From assembly GCA_013265495.1 (NCBI GenBank), contig MU061547.1:1-64000 (forward strand): a stretch of DNA of 64,000 nucleotides, given 5' to 3'. The translations under genes were made by a program, and so were the position numbers. The notes below the pieces were generated by a model. It had not been told where the DNA came from. It did not search any database and saw only the letters and a list, made by a program, of their open reading frames with translations. This DNA is from Vicugna vicugna (taxonomy: Eukaryota). Positions 13,501 to 26,286 of the stretch are shown one piece after another (positions within the stretch are counted from its first letter, which is position 1; every line of letters begins with the position of its first letter).

Positions 13501-15100
13501 TCTAAATAGAAGAAGTAAAGAATGAAGAAGAAAACATATTTGAAGGGAAAATGGCCAGAAATTTTCTAAAAGTAGTGAACGGCAAACAAAGGTCAGATCA
13601 AAATCTCATTGAACCCCAAGCAAAACAAATAGAAGATAAATATGGCCATGTACCTCACAGACTAGCAGTAACAACCAAGTATAAAAACCTCGTAGGGATC
13701 TAGTGAAAAAATGTTATAGAGCAAGAAAAATTAGGACCGGAAACAAACATTGCTAGAAATTATAAAAACTAAGAGAAAGTAGAATAACATTTCTAATGAA
13801 CTGAATGAAAAATGTCAATCAGAATTAGCTATTTAGTAAAAACGTTTTTAACGTGAATGCAAAATAAAGAGTTTTAAAGTATACCTTTGAACCCTTGTAG
13901 CCTGTTGGTGGGAATTGGAGTAGCCACTATGGGAGACAGTATAGGGGTTCCTCACAAAACTAAAAATAGAACCACCATATGATCCAGCAATCCCATTCCT
14001 GTATTTGTATGTGAAAAAACAAAAATTTGAAAAGACACATGCTCCCCAGTGTTTATAGCAAAACTATTTACAATAGCCAAGACATGGAAGCAACACAAGT
14101 CCCTATCATCAGCTGAATGATAGAGATGTGGTGTATGTGCATGTAAATATAGATATAAAGTAATATTACTTTGTGCTATAAAAGACTGAGACCCTGCCAT
14201 TTGTGGCAATGTGGGTGGACCTGGAGAACAGTATGCTTACTGAAGTAAGTCAGACCAAGAAATGTGTGATATCATTTATCTGCACAATGTAAAAAATAAT
14301 ACAAATTAATATATATGCAAGACAGAAACAGACTCACAGTTGTAAGAAACAAACTACTTTTTACCAGTGGGGAGAGGGCAGGCCAGGGGGCAAATTAGGG
14401 ATACACGATTAAAAGACACACACTACAATGTATAAAGCAGACATCTAACAAGGAGACATTGCACAGCACAGGGATTAAAGCCATTATATCATAATAGCTT
14501 TGAGTAGAGTGTAGTCTGTCCAAATGCTGAATTAGTAGGCTGTGTACACTTTTAATGAATATAATTTTGTAAATCAACTGTACTTCAAGTTTTTAAAAAA
14601 GGTAAAACATGGAAGCAGTGTCTGGGAGGGGGTCAGGTACTGTAAAACTCTAAGGGCTAAGCACTTACAAGAATATTAAATGCATTTTTAAATGTCCAAA
14701 AAAAAAAAAAGCTGACAATTTATTACCATCAGGCTTTCACTTTAAGAACTGCTAAAGGAAGTTCCTCAAGCAAAAAGAAAAATGACAGCGGGGATAAATT
14801 TAGGTCTACACAAAGGAATAAAAGCACTTGGATTGGTAGACTTCTCAGCAAATATAAATAGAACAGAAGGCACAGACAATATATGAGAAATGAGACTCTC
14901 AGACATGAGAAAAGTGTCTATTTGCTGTCAAAATCCTACAAATATTAAACACTAAGGTACTAATGAATAACTTTATGTAAATAACTTAAAAGTTGGATAA
15001 ACAAATTCCTTGAAATACAAATTACCACAACTGACTCAAGGACAAAATACAAACCAGAAAGTCGTAATCAGTATTAAAGACACTTAGTCAGTGTCTTCTT
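10560..15100. mobile_element. Cluster of old L1 fragments, including an L1 3' end at ~13885-14600 (+) and an L1MC-type 3' end at ~12170-12470 (-)
   Basis: A-rich ORF1/ORF2 relics and recognisable L1 3' UTR motifs. Confidence 0.65.
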
Positions 15101-16029
15101 TTAAGCTAGTTCATCACTTGGCCATTTCAACTGTGATTTCTTACATTCAATAACAATAATTTGAGTGTTGGCCAAACTCCCATAGAGCATAAAATAAGTT
15201 GCATTAGTCAACTAATTCTTTGAGTCTTGGAAATATTTAATTCCAAAATATCACTAAAATAGTATACATGAAAGAAAGCTTCTATCACTTATGAATGTAA
15301 AGGCAATTTTTGGTCTGACATTTAAAAGCTTGCAGGTCATGATTGTTACAACAAGAAAATAGCTGAACAAACTGAAATCAACAAGTCTTCCTAGATACAT
15401 GGGGGTAGAGGTCATAGGTTAACTGCTGTCCCCCAGTCTGGAGAGACAGGTAGGTGGACAGAGCATCATAGCTCACCAAGAGCAGGCCCCAGCAAGGGTG
15501 GGAACACTATCACTGAAAGTGATGAGTTGAGGGAGGCTTAGTGTGGACTAAACTGTGAGTTAAAAACATGGGGGATGGTGGTCTAAGGGGGTGACCCGTA
15601 CTTTCTTGAGTTTTACTTCTAGGACAAAAACCATTGGGCTCTCTCTGTGAAAACTGGAGAAAAATCTGTGAATGTTTCCAGCAAGGGATGGGAAATGTAA
15701 CAAGTCTGAAATATGCCCAGAGCTTTTTGTTCTCCTTAACAAAGCCTTTCTTCAACGGAAACTATTTTGCCAGAGCCAAACAGCCTTGGGTTGTATCAAA
15801 GCCAAAGCAACCTGGGGGAAGAGAACTATCCAACTCTATTCTCCCCCATCCCCATCAAGCTTCAATGTTGCATTAAGGAAATACTCATCTCAGGTTCACT
15901 GAAAGCCTGAGACTTAACAGGAGGGCTATAGGATACTTCCCCTCCCATACATCACTACTACATCAACAGGACCCCTGTATGTTAACAGGTCACAGCTATA
16001 AGAACTGCAAGTCTCAGACCCTATTTGAG

Positions 16030-16390
16030 ATGTCTTAGTCCATTTGGGCTATTATAACAAAATCTCACAGATCTGGTAGTATATGAACAGTAGAAATTTA
16101 TTTCTCACAGGTGTGGTGGCTGGAAGTCTGGGATCAGGGCTCCAGGAAGGTGCGCTTCTGCTGAAAGCCCTCTTCTGGGCTGCCGACTGCCGAGTTCTTG
16201 CTGTATCTTCACCCAGTCAAGGGGGCAAGGGAGCTCTCCTGGGCCTCATTTATAAGGGCATTAAACTCACTCATTATTGTTCTGTACTCATGAACTAATC
16301 ACTTCCCAAAGGCCCTACCTCCAAACCCAGCACATTGGGCATTAGATTTTCAACATGTGAATTTTGGGGAGACACACTCATTCAGATGGG
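16030..16390. mobile_element. MaLR (MLT1-like) LTR
   Basis: Typical tgtcttagtccattt...tttcaacatgtgaattttggggagacac pattern. Confidence 0.7.
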
Positions 16391-16764
16391 AGCAGAAAGT
16401 TTGTCTAGGGAAAGCAAAAGAACAACAGAGAGACAAAAACAAGAACAGGAAGGGAATTTTAGTTCCTGGCACCTCAGCTACAACAAGTGGTGAACACAAC
16501 CTAACTCCCAGACAGATGACATAAAAGCTCATAGTAAACACATATTTATCTCAGTTCTTTAACCTATTTAATCATGCCAGCTTGCAACAAAAAATTGCAA
16601 GGCATGCTAAAATGCAAAACTATCAGAACGCAAAAAATTAGTCTGAAGAGGAAAATCAAATATCAGAACCAGGCTAAAGCAAGCATAGTAATGGTTAACA
16701 CACTTGAAAAGCACGGTAATCACAAATCAAAAGCATACAATCGAATCACAAAAACCAAAACAGG

Positions 16765-16945
16765 TGAGTGGCTTTGTCCCCAGTGGCTTCTATGATTATT
16801 GCGTTCTTCCTGGTCAAGGGGCCACAGGTTTGGTTACCACCGAAAGTTCTGCACCTGTGTCCACCATAAATGTCATCGGTTGGCCCCCTAACAACATCTT
16901 GACCGTGGGCTCCCGGGGGCCCAGGAGCAGGGAGCCCAGTCTCCC
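16765..16945 (-). pseudogene. pro: ERV protease N-terminal fragment
   Basis: GRLGSLLLGPREPTVKMLLGGQPMTFMVDTGAELSVVTKPVAP, then a stop; DTGA at 16850-16861. Confidence 0.88.
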
Positions 16946-18394
16946 CTAGTCTGAGTCCAGCCCTGCCAATCTGATGAGATTCCTCGGAGGAGGCTCGGGT
17001 TGGTACTTTTCTTCGCTGGCTGGAGGTTTTCTTTTTGGTAGATTTTTTGCTTCTCCACCATAAGGACACTCGTTTTTCCAGTGACCAACCATCTTACAGT
17101 ATGTACATTGGTCTTGCCTCTGTGGGGCCCCGCACAGGTCCCCCCTTTCCACGATGGGGCGGGATGCCAGTTTGGGTAGGAGTTGCTGCCATCAGAGATG
17201 CTTTCTGTTTTGTTCGTCTGTCTGCTTCTTGTTGGGCTTCGCCGTCTTGGCTTATGAAATCTTTGTTGGCCACCTCCAGCTGTTGAGTGGAATTCATTCC
17301 AGCAAAACCTTCCAGTTTTTGAAGCTTTTGGTGGATGTTGGAGTAGGACTGGGCCACAAAAGCAGCATTGACCATCCGCTGGTTTTGAGGGGCTTTGGGG
17401 TCAAACAAGGTATAGATCCCAAAAGCTTTGCATAGCCTCTCATAGAAGTTCATGGGGGACTCGTCGGGCTTTTGGATCACTGTGGCAGTCTTAGACATGT
17501 TGGTTGGTTTCTTTACCCCAGCTTGCAACCCATGCAGGAAGGCTGTCCGATATGTCCGCAGAGCCTCTTGTCCATCTTGGTGTTAAAATCCCAGTTTGCC
17601 TCTTTTTCTGGGGCTGCATTTTGGGCCCACCCTTCTGCATCCCTGGTTCCCTCCAGGGCTTACTTTTGGAGCCATTTTTTTAGTTTCTGTCATGATACAC
17701 TTTCTTTCTTCAGTATTGAAGAGTGCCAGGAGCAGCTGACAGATGGCATCCCAAGTTGGCTGGTGGGTCTGGAAGATGGGCTCTAGGAGATCATGCTTGG
17801 CCTGGGGTTTTTCTGAATATGGTGGAGTGTGGTGTCACCAGTTCAGGTGGTCTGTTGTACTGAAAGGCTGGTAGTACAGGATGGAGTGGCCAGGCTGTAC
17901 AGAGCCATCATGGTTAATGAGTTGGGGCCCTTGGGCCTCCCAGAGAGGCATCTGGAGGGTGGTCGCTGTCTGGCTGGATGGTTGGGCTGAACAGAGTCTC
18001 CTCCCTATGGGTCCCCCTGAAGAATTGGCTTCATTGCACCTTCCTTTTTTATTTTTACTGTCTGGGCCATGAGGATCCTACACTGTCCCTGACCATTTGT
18101 GCAGAACCAGACCAATGCACACCAGGTTTGGGCAACTGTTAGCCAGGAATCAATATATGGGAATTGGTTGGGGTGCCCTGGGGTCCTGGTCATTACTCTG
18201 TACATGGCCCGGATAGTTGGCAGGTCATGTGTGCTTTTTGGAGGCCATCCCACTCCAAAGGTGGGCCATTCTATCTCACACAAAGTACACAATTTTCCTG
18301 GTGACAGTTTAATCCCATAGTCTTCTGAGAAACCCTTTTTGAAATTTTTAATCATGCAGTCCAGAACTGGCAGCTTTGATTTTGAGGATCCCAT
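16946..18394 (-). pseudogene. gag: ERV gag, frameshifted
   Basis: Split over ORFs 18005-18394 (MA), 17094-17528 (CA) and 16946-17152 (NC, ending LAGLDSD-TAG). Confidence 0.9.
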
Positions 18395-19591
18395 TATTAT
18401 TGGTTGACAGATTTTATGGCCTATAGGTGTGGGTCTGCTCCTGGCACTGAGGACTGTGACCCCAATATCTTTTTCCCGCTCCTCAAAACAGTGGAGTTCT
18501 TAAAAAGCTCACTGCCTCACTGGGCCTAATATCTATCTGCTTGGCTGCAAGTTCTGCCAATGAGTTGGGATTCCCTGTTAGGCCTGGATGAGCTCTAGGG
18601 GTCCCTGCATAAAGTCTTTTCTATAGCCTGAATTGACAAATTATGAGACCAAGATGGCCAGGCGGTGGCAGAATAAATGGATCAAAAAGGGGGACCTCAG
18701 AAGAGGGTTCCAGCCAGCCCTGGATTGGCTTCCTCTGGCTCAGGTCTTGTGGTCTTAATTTTAGACAGAAGAGCAGTATTGAGGCTGGTTTATTAATCAT
18801 GACAGGATATTCCAGGGGACTGGTGACAAGGTCATCTCTGAAACTCTTTAACATAGTCTCATTTTAGTCCATAAGGGGACAGGGGTCATTTACTCATAGG
18901 CTGTTCTATGTCTCTTTCCCTCCCTGGGTAGCCACCCTGTGCCAGTGTCACAAACGAGACAAAGGGAGGGTATTTCACTGCGTCCACCTGGCCACTCCCC
19001 TCACAGGGACGAAGTTGCCTCTTAGCTTTGGTGGATCAGTATAAACTGTTGACTCCAATCAATAACCTGAGGGGCCGATACCACAATGAGCCATATGAGG
19101 TCACCACGGAACTGCAGGTTGGGACTCACTCAAAATCCATAGCAGAATGCCGTGGAGCTACAGACTTGAACCTGATCATATGCTTTTCAGGCCACACAAA
19201 CACAGAGACACACACAGATTATTTTCACATTCCCCTCCCTATCACTGGGGCATCCCTAATCTAACCGGATCTCCCTGTCCGAACTACCATCAGACAGGGA
19301 GTCTGGAGGAGGTGATCAGTCTCCTGTCCACTTGGACATAACCTGAATACCCTAATGTAAATACGGGCGCTTCCCGGGGCTCCTACCTTGTTCAGCCGTG
19401 TTGCTTGGTGAGTTGGTCTGTCCCTCCACTGAGTCCAGTTGGGGCACAGCCACACAGAGGACTGAATTACCTCCGTGAAGGAGGACCCGGAATATTGTTG
19501 GGTGGCACACCTCCTCATTCACTTTTGGAGTTCCTGACATCCAGGCGGTTGTTCCGCTGTCCAGGCGGCTCAAGGGGCAGGGGTGGTTGGA

Positions 19592-19609
19592 GTCTTGCTG
19601 GGGCCTCCA
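19592..19609 (-). other. Primer binding site, tRNA-Thr type
   Basis: TGGAGGCCCCAGCAAGAC, 16/18 complementary to the recalled 3' end of mammalian tRNA-Thr(TGT) ...ATCTCGCTGGGGCCTCCA; 4 nt from the LTR end. Confidence 0.75.
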
Positions 19610-19613
19610 GATA

Positions 19614-20088
19614 TGTTGCAGAAAAACGTGTTACAGCTCAGTGTTACAGCTCAGTTGTGACAGCAACCTGGATCAGGGCAAGAGACCAAGCAGCACTAGG
19701 AGAGTTGGAGAACTCAGGTTTATCACGCCAGTGGGCCCAGAGTAGTTAACACTCCAAGCTCTGGACCCCGTCTGGAGGTTTACACAGGCTTTTATAGGCT
19801 TCCAGTTTACACTTCGCAACATTCATATGCAAATAAAGTATAAGAAAAGTTGACTAATTAGAAACATCCTTTGTAGAAATGGACCAATCAGGGGGGAGAG
19901 AAATAATCAATCAGGAGTGAGGGAAATGGACCATTCAGGAGTGAGCTCCACTTTCCTAGAAGTTAGCCATTTCAGAGGTAAAAAGTGAGATAAAGCCACT
20001 GGGCCAGGGAACCGGATGGTGCTGGCAGGAGAGTAGTGGCCCTGACTGGGGGTCCTGCCAGTCTTTTTTTCTGGGGCTTCCCACCTCA
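19614..20088 (-). mobile_element. 5' LTR of the ERV (~475 bp)
   Basis: TG...CA termini on the minus strand, TATAAAA near 19790-19796, immediately followed by the PBS. Confidence 0.8.
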
Positions 20089-20662
20089 ATGCAAATGTCA
20101 AATCACCATGTAGTACACCTGAAACTAACATAATATTGTGTGTCAACTAGATTTCACCTTAAAAAAAAATGTTTACTGCAATGGAACTGGAATAGGAAAG
20201 TTTGGAAAGGAAAAAAGTATTACCCATTATCCTAAGACCCCAAAACACTCAAGTTTCAATTGTATACAATGTGAGGGCCCTGCCTTTACAACTTGATGCA
20301 TTTAGATGATATAGGACAAGTGTAGACAGTCTTCCCAAATAGTGGGCTGAAGCTGGGGAAATCAAGGCTGTTAACATGAGTCAAGTTTAGAAAAAATTAA
20401 GAGTGCAAGAAAAGGCCAGAAACAGAAATAACAAAACTAACGGCTGGAGAGGTGGAGACAATAACCAGGCAAGAGAAGCAGGTGGACTCAAGTACTTCAA
20501 GACTAGGCTGGAGCAGAGAGTGAGCACCCGTGTAGTGGGTAGTCCTGTGGTGTGGCACCAGGCTGCTGGGGTAGCCTATACATCCACTATCTTTTAGATC
20601 TATGACTTAGGGATTTACACTTGTAATCACATGTACTTTTTATTAACTGTCTTTTCTCTTAA

Positions 20663-21179
20663 TGTAATAGAGGAGAACAAATCTGACTTAGTATTAGATC
20701 TGTTCCTTTAGTTTTGAACAGTGTTTCCCAAGCTCCGTCTTGCCAGCTCTGCACCTTTTGTGAAACAATGTTGCCTTTAGCCTGAAATAGACAGGAGAGC
20801 CTGTTCTTTGGGCTCTGACCTTTAACGATGTTAGCACTTCTGCACTTATGTAGAGATGGGAAGTTGCAAACTAGAGAATAACCTTTGTTTTGTTGGAGGT
20901 TTACAGGGACACTATGGCCTGACCCACACGGATGGCTGCAAGAACAAAGAATTCCTACTACAAGAAGATTGCAACAACCAACCACACCTCCTACTCTGTT
21001 TTTTGTATAAAAGGAGCCTGTATTCTGACTGGAGCAGTGTGGCTCTGCAATACATTAGTCTGCCTTCCTCTTGGACCACCAGCTTTCCAAATAAAGTCAC
21101 TACTCCTTGCCCCAGCACCTCGTCTCCTGATTTATTGGCCTGTCATTTGGCAAGCAGAATGAGTTTGGGTTCGGCAACA
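20663..21179 (+). mobile_element. Solo LTR (ERV1-like) with 4-bp TSD
   Basis: TG...CA ends with TTAA on both sides; TATAAAA near 21006, AATAAA at 21089-21094. Confidence 0.85.
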
Positions 21180-23417
21180 TTAACAGAGTATCTTAAACAT
21201 TTTATAAATTTCCTTACCATATAATTTCACTTTTAATTAGTAGGTAATATTTCAAGTTGTTTACCTATCACACCTTATTCATCCATTCCCCCATTATTTA
21301 GGCATTTGTTATTTCTGCAGTTGTAGGTAGTATATTTCTACTGTGTGTTTAATTATGTGGTCCCTGCTCTGTTTCCTTCAGTTTTAAAGTTTGATGTGAA
21401 AGGTAAAGGTCCACTTGTAATACAAGTATTAACTGTCACAAGAAAGACGACAAGTATCCTCAATATTTTATCTAAACTAACCAAACATAATAACTTTTGA
21501 CTTAATTGTATGGGTAAATATATATACATAATGTACACATGGAATTTGTTTGTATATATATATATATATATTTATATACACACACATGTAAGATATATAT
21601 GTATGTGTATACATACATAAAATTTGATATTTGATGTTCTAGCAACCACAGTGATGACTCTTAGTATCATTTTCCTTCATTCCTTAACACTTACACCACT
21701 TCCTAAGTGTCTTTTAAAATTTGAATACAGATCTATTTTAAAAAGAAACTTCATGCATCTTTCCCTTTGGAGAGGTAATTTATTGATACATTGCCAGTTT
21801 GAGAGCCGGCAAGATACCTGACTGTTCCCCAACCCAACTAAAACCAAACTCTGATACACTCTTTCCTAGCTTGAAGGTTAAGAAACAGACAAGCACATGG
21901 ATGCCTCTGAAGATCCAAAACTATACGACTCAGATCTCTTAGCTGCACAGACAGAAGCTCAATCTGAACGGAGAAAAGAGAAATTTATTAGAAAACTCAT
22001 GTCTCCATGGGAAGGTAAGAAGTGGAGCCAGCCTCGGGGGTAACTTGAAACTAGAAACTTGAACCTTACCAGGGTTCTGCTTCATCTACTTTCTGTGCAA
22101 TCTGAATCTACTTTTCTCCAAAGGAGACAAAACACAGCCGTGCCTCCTAATTTCACCACCACAGAGGGCCTGAGAGTTGCTTTCTCTGGTTCTACTTCAA
22201 AAATTCTAGGGAAGAGCTCTGAATGGCCTAGTGTTGGTTAATCAGCTGTGGCATTTCCCCCAATTTAACAAGTACTATGTTAATATGCCTATTAAAACTA
22301 TGATGAATGATATTAGAGAGGGCAGTGTGGAGCAAGGTCATGAGAGAAGTAGAGATGCAGTCAAACGATGATGCTTTTTTCTTTTTTGATGCCTTTTTTT
22401 TTTAATGTACTTACTACTCAATCAAAAAATGGTACAGACCTGACTCCAGCCCCTCTAGGTGTGCTCCCTAAGCTAGAACCTGTCAATGCCGTGGATAATA
22501 TCTTTCTAAATATACTAGTCCTACTGAAACATAAGATTGGAATGGGGAAAAGAGCATTTCCAGAAAAAACAGGAGGAGCTGCTATCCTTAGAAAATGGGA
22601 AGGCTGAGAGAGAGAGAGGTGCAGACCCCCCGCATGTACAGCAGAGCTGAAGGCACGCAGCGTCAAACTCCTCCATCTGGAATGATAGCCAGGGGAAGAG
22701 CTGATGGAGAACCAAATTCTAAGGCAGGGTGAAATTAAGCTTCCCCTTATATGCCAACCCATGGATTGCTAGTGACTGCAATCTCACGTCTCCCTTATCC
22801 TCTGACCACACTGGCTTTCATGCATGCAGGTAGCAAATATGTATTGAATCCTTAATCTTGTGCAAGGCACTTTTCTGCTTGGGATACAAGAGTGAGCCGA
22901 ACAGACTAAAATTCCCTATTCTCCTTGAGCCTTTTTTCTTTCTGGGTCTGAAACACTCCAGGTTTATTCTCATCTGATGTACATTACACGATTCCATGTA
23001 ATTATCCACCCCTCCTTTTTAGAAGGAGTAACTATGACATTGGCCATGGGATTTGCTCTGGGCAGTGGAAAGTGAGTGAATGTAACACAGACTAGGTCCA
23101 GGAGAAGCTTTAAGAAGCGTCTGAATGTTTTGGTTCAGCCTCCATCGTGAGGAGACCATGTCTTAGGTGGGGGTTACTCCTTTAGCCCAGATTCTGCAAA
23201 ATAAAAACCCCCACACAGTGTGGAGCTATATAACCTGCAGCAAAGCCACAGCGGACTTGCAGCCTACATAAAACAGTGCTTACAATAGAGGACAGTTACA
23301 AAGATTAAGTGGGATATGATGTGAAGCACATGCAAAGTACAGTGGCACATGGCGAACACTCACAGTATGTTTATTATTGCTTGATTAAAGAAAAATCTAT
23401 AAGATCTGTTATGATAC

Positions 23418-23889
23418 TATAGGAAATTAGATATGCCACCCCAAGCCATTCCAGTTTGACATAATGATCACTTTGAGCCAAAGGCAATTGTGAAGAAGCA
23501 GGCACAAGAAAACCTCTCCCCCTGGCCCCCTTTTCTAGCCGGAATGGCAGGACAGTTCCTACCACCAGCGACAGTTTTAGACTCGTATCAGCTGAGGTAG
23601 CATCAGAGGACTCCACACAACAAACCTGGTTAATATAACCCTTCTCTTCCATTGCTAAATTTTTCCTTTGTCTGGTCACTTCTCTACAAATCTACTGTTC
23701 TTTGTTCAGATGCTTGATAAGCCCAAGCTCTAACCACCCCACTGAGTTCCCCTGTGTACATGTGCAATGCAGATATTAATAAACTGCTTAACTCTTGTTT
23801 AATCTGTCTTTCATCAGTCCAATTCTTGGGGCCTCAGCCAGAAACCCTAGGAGGGTAGAGGAAAAATTGTATTTTCCCCTTCTCCTACA
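23418..23889 (+). mobile_element. Solo LTR (MER34-like, older)
   Basis: Ends in ...ctcctaCA, AATAAA near 23778, degenerate 4-bp flanks atac/atat; family call from recall. Confidence 0.6.
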
Positions 23890-23899
23890 ATATTCAGTA

Positions 23900-25540
23900 G
23901 GCTCAAATATGTCTTAAATAGTTATGAGATAAGCCATAACATGAGAGAAAGTATTTGCAACATGTATCTTACAAAAGAAGTTTATTTATAATGTACAAAC
24001 ATCTTTTACAACTTGATAAGAAGGCAAACAAACTGCTTAAAAATGAGCAAAATATCTGACAGCCACTCCACAGAAGATACACGAATGGCCGAAAAGCACA
24101 TAAAAGATGCTCAGCATCATTAGTTATCAGGGAAATGCAAATTAAAACCACAATGAGGTGTCACTAGATACCCATCAGAATGGCTAGATTTATAGGCACT
24201 TGAATGTTGACAAGGATTTGAGGCATCTGGAAGGGTTGCACAGCCCTGATGGGAATGTTAAATGGTACACCGCTTTAGACAACTGCCTAGAAGTTACTTA
24301 AAAAACAAACATAAATCTACCACACAATCCAACAATTCCACTGTTATGTATTTACCAAAGAGCAATGAAGACCTAAGTGCACACAATGGCATGTACACAA
24401 ATGTTCATAAGAACTTTATTCAAAGTAGCCCCAAACTGGAAACAAAAGTCCATCAACAGGTGAATGAATGGGTAAACAAAGTATATATCAGTACAATGGG
24501 ATGCTATTCAGCAACAAAAAGGAATGAACAACCAATTCACCACAACAAGGGTCAATTTAAAGGCATTCTGCATGTGAAAGAAACCATACACAAAACAGTA
24601 CATACTACATGATCACACCTATGTGAAATAATTTTTTAAAAAGCAAACTAATCTATATTGACAAAGCAAAACAGGAGAGTGAGGGATGGACTGCAAAGGA
24701 ACAGGAGGCATCTTTTAGGTGTGATAGGAACATTCTATATATTGATTGTGGCAGTGGATTCATGATACACACATTTAAAAATAATTATTGAATTGTAGAC
24801 TCCAAATGGATGTAGTTTATTGTGCCATTATAAAGCTGATTTTAAAAAGGTGCCAGGATAGTTCTTATAAAACTAAAGATAGTTTTACTATACAATGTAG
24901 CACTCACTCTCCTTGGTATTTATGCAAAGGAGGTGAAAAATTATGTCCATATAAAATCAAGCACACAGATGTTTATAGTAGCATCCAAACAATGGAATAT
25001 CATTCAGTACTAAAAAGAAATGAGCTATCAAGTAAAGAAAATACATAGAGAAAAAGACATTAATATTACTAAGTGAAAGAAGCTAATCTGAAAAGGCCAC
25101 ATATGGTATACGATTTCAGGTATACACATTCTGGAAAAGGCAAAATCAGGCAGACACTAAAAGGATCAGTGGTTTACAGAACTTGGGGGAAGAAGGATGA
25201 ATGGATAGAAGACAGGATTTTTAGGGCAGTGAAACTCTTCTGCATGGTATTATAAAAATGGATTTGTGTAATTATACATTTGTCAAAACCCATAGAATGT
25301 ACAACACCGAGACTGAACCCTAATGTGAACCATGGACTTTGGGTGACAAGGATATATTAAGGTAGGTTCATTGTTCCTAACAAGGACACCACTCAGCGGA
25401 GGGATGTTGACAGTGGGGGAAGCTATGCATGTGTGGGGCCAGGGGGCTGACAGGAACTCTGGTTCTGCCCAATTTTGCTCAGAATTTATAATGCTTTAAA
25501 AAAAAGTTTATTAAAATTTTAAAAATTAAAAAAAAAGAGC
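23900..25540 (+). mobile_element. Old L1 3' fragments
   Basis: ORF2-end and 3' UTR motifs with an A-rich tail near 25500-25537. Confidence 0.75.
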
Positions 25541-25683
25541 TTACAAGGTACAGTGACATCATGTCTTCTATCTCTCTTTGGACAAAATGCTGCTCAAGCT
25601 AGCAGACATTAACAGATTTACTTCACAGACATCAGGTGTTTTCTAAGGTATCCATTGAAAAAGTAGACAAATTACATACTTTT

Positions 25684-25697
25684 GCCACTAGATGGCA
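25684..25697 (+). promoter_or_regulatory. CTCF consensus motif
   Basis: GCCACTAGATGGCA matches the CTCF core; lies in apparently non-repetitive sequence. Confidence 0.55.
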
Positions 25698-26286
25698 AAG
25701 GAAAATGACAGAATGTTGCTGTAATGGCTGAACTGAGCGGAAGTGCAAAGCAAGGAACACCAGACTTAAAGATATATGAGAAAACATCCAAGTAAGTAAC
25801 ACATTATTTAGTTGCTTATTTTACAATTACTTGTGTCTGATATGTTGTAGCTACTGGTATTTGTTGACTAATCAAATGAGTGAAAAAGGAGTTTGGATCC
25901 CTTCTGAGAGATAATTTTTGTAGAAAAAAATCTGTGTGCAGTGGCTACAGCACCACCTTACAGAGCTAATCCGAGCAGCTAGCATTGGGCCTTGAGCTGT
26001 TCAGCAGCTTTGTAGATTAAAGGTAACTGCCAGACATGCAAATGCTCCTTGTAGAGCTTAGACTGATTTTTGATTGACTTCCTTACACCCTCATGAAAAT
26101 AACTTTGCCTTCATTTGCAATTCAGTTTCTCTACTACATACAAACTTGTGGTTTTGACTTTTCCTTTGAACTGGTTATAACGTTTGATTATTCTCCCATA
26201 TGAATATAATAAGTCTTTAACACATCTTTATACTTGTATTACTCATGATTTTACATTTTTCTGAAAACCTATGTTTCAACTATACA

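Larger units (their letters stand above)
16765..20088 (-). mobile_element. 3'-truncated class I (gammaretrovirus-like) endogenous retrovirus: 5' LTR-PBS-leader-gag-pro fragment
   Basis: LTR, PBS, MA start MGSSKSK, CA major-homology-like region, CCHC knuckle CTYCKMVGHWKNEC, and gag TAG followed in frame by protease FMVDTGAELSVV. Confidence 0.93.

Noticed and set aside
19628..19654. Short direct repeat gtgttacagctca x2 (and two aatggacca(a/t)tcagg copies near 19878 and 19925)
   Set aside because: Ordinary LTR-internal repeats, not a spacer array.
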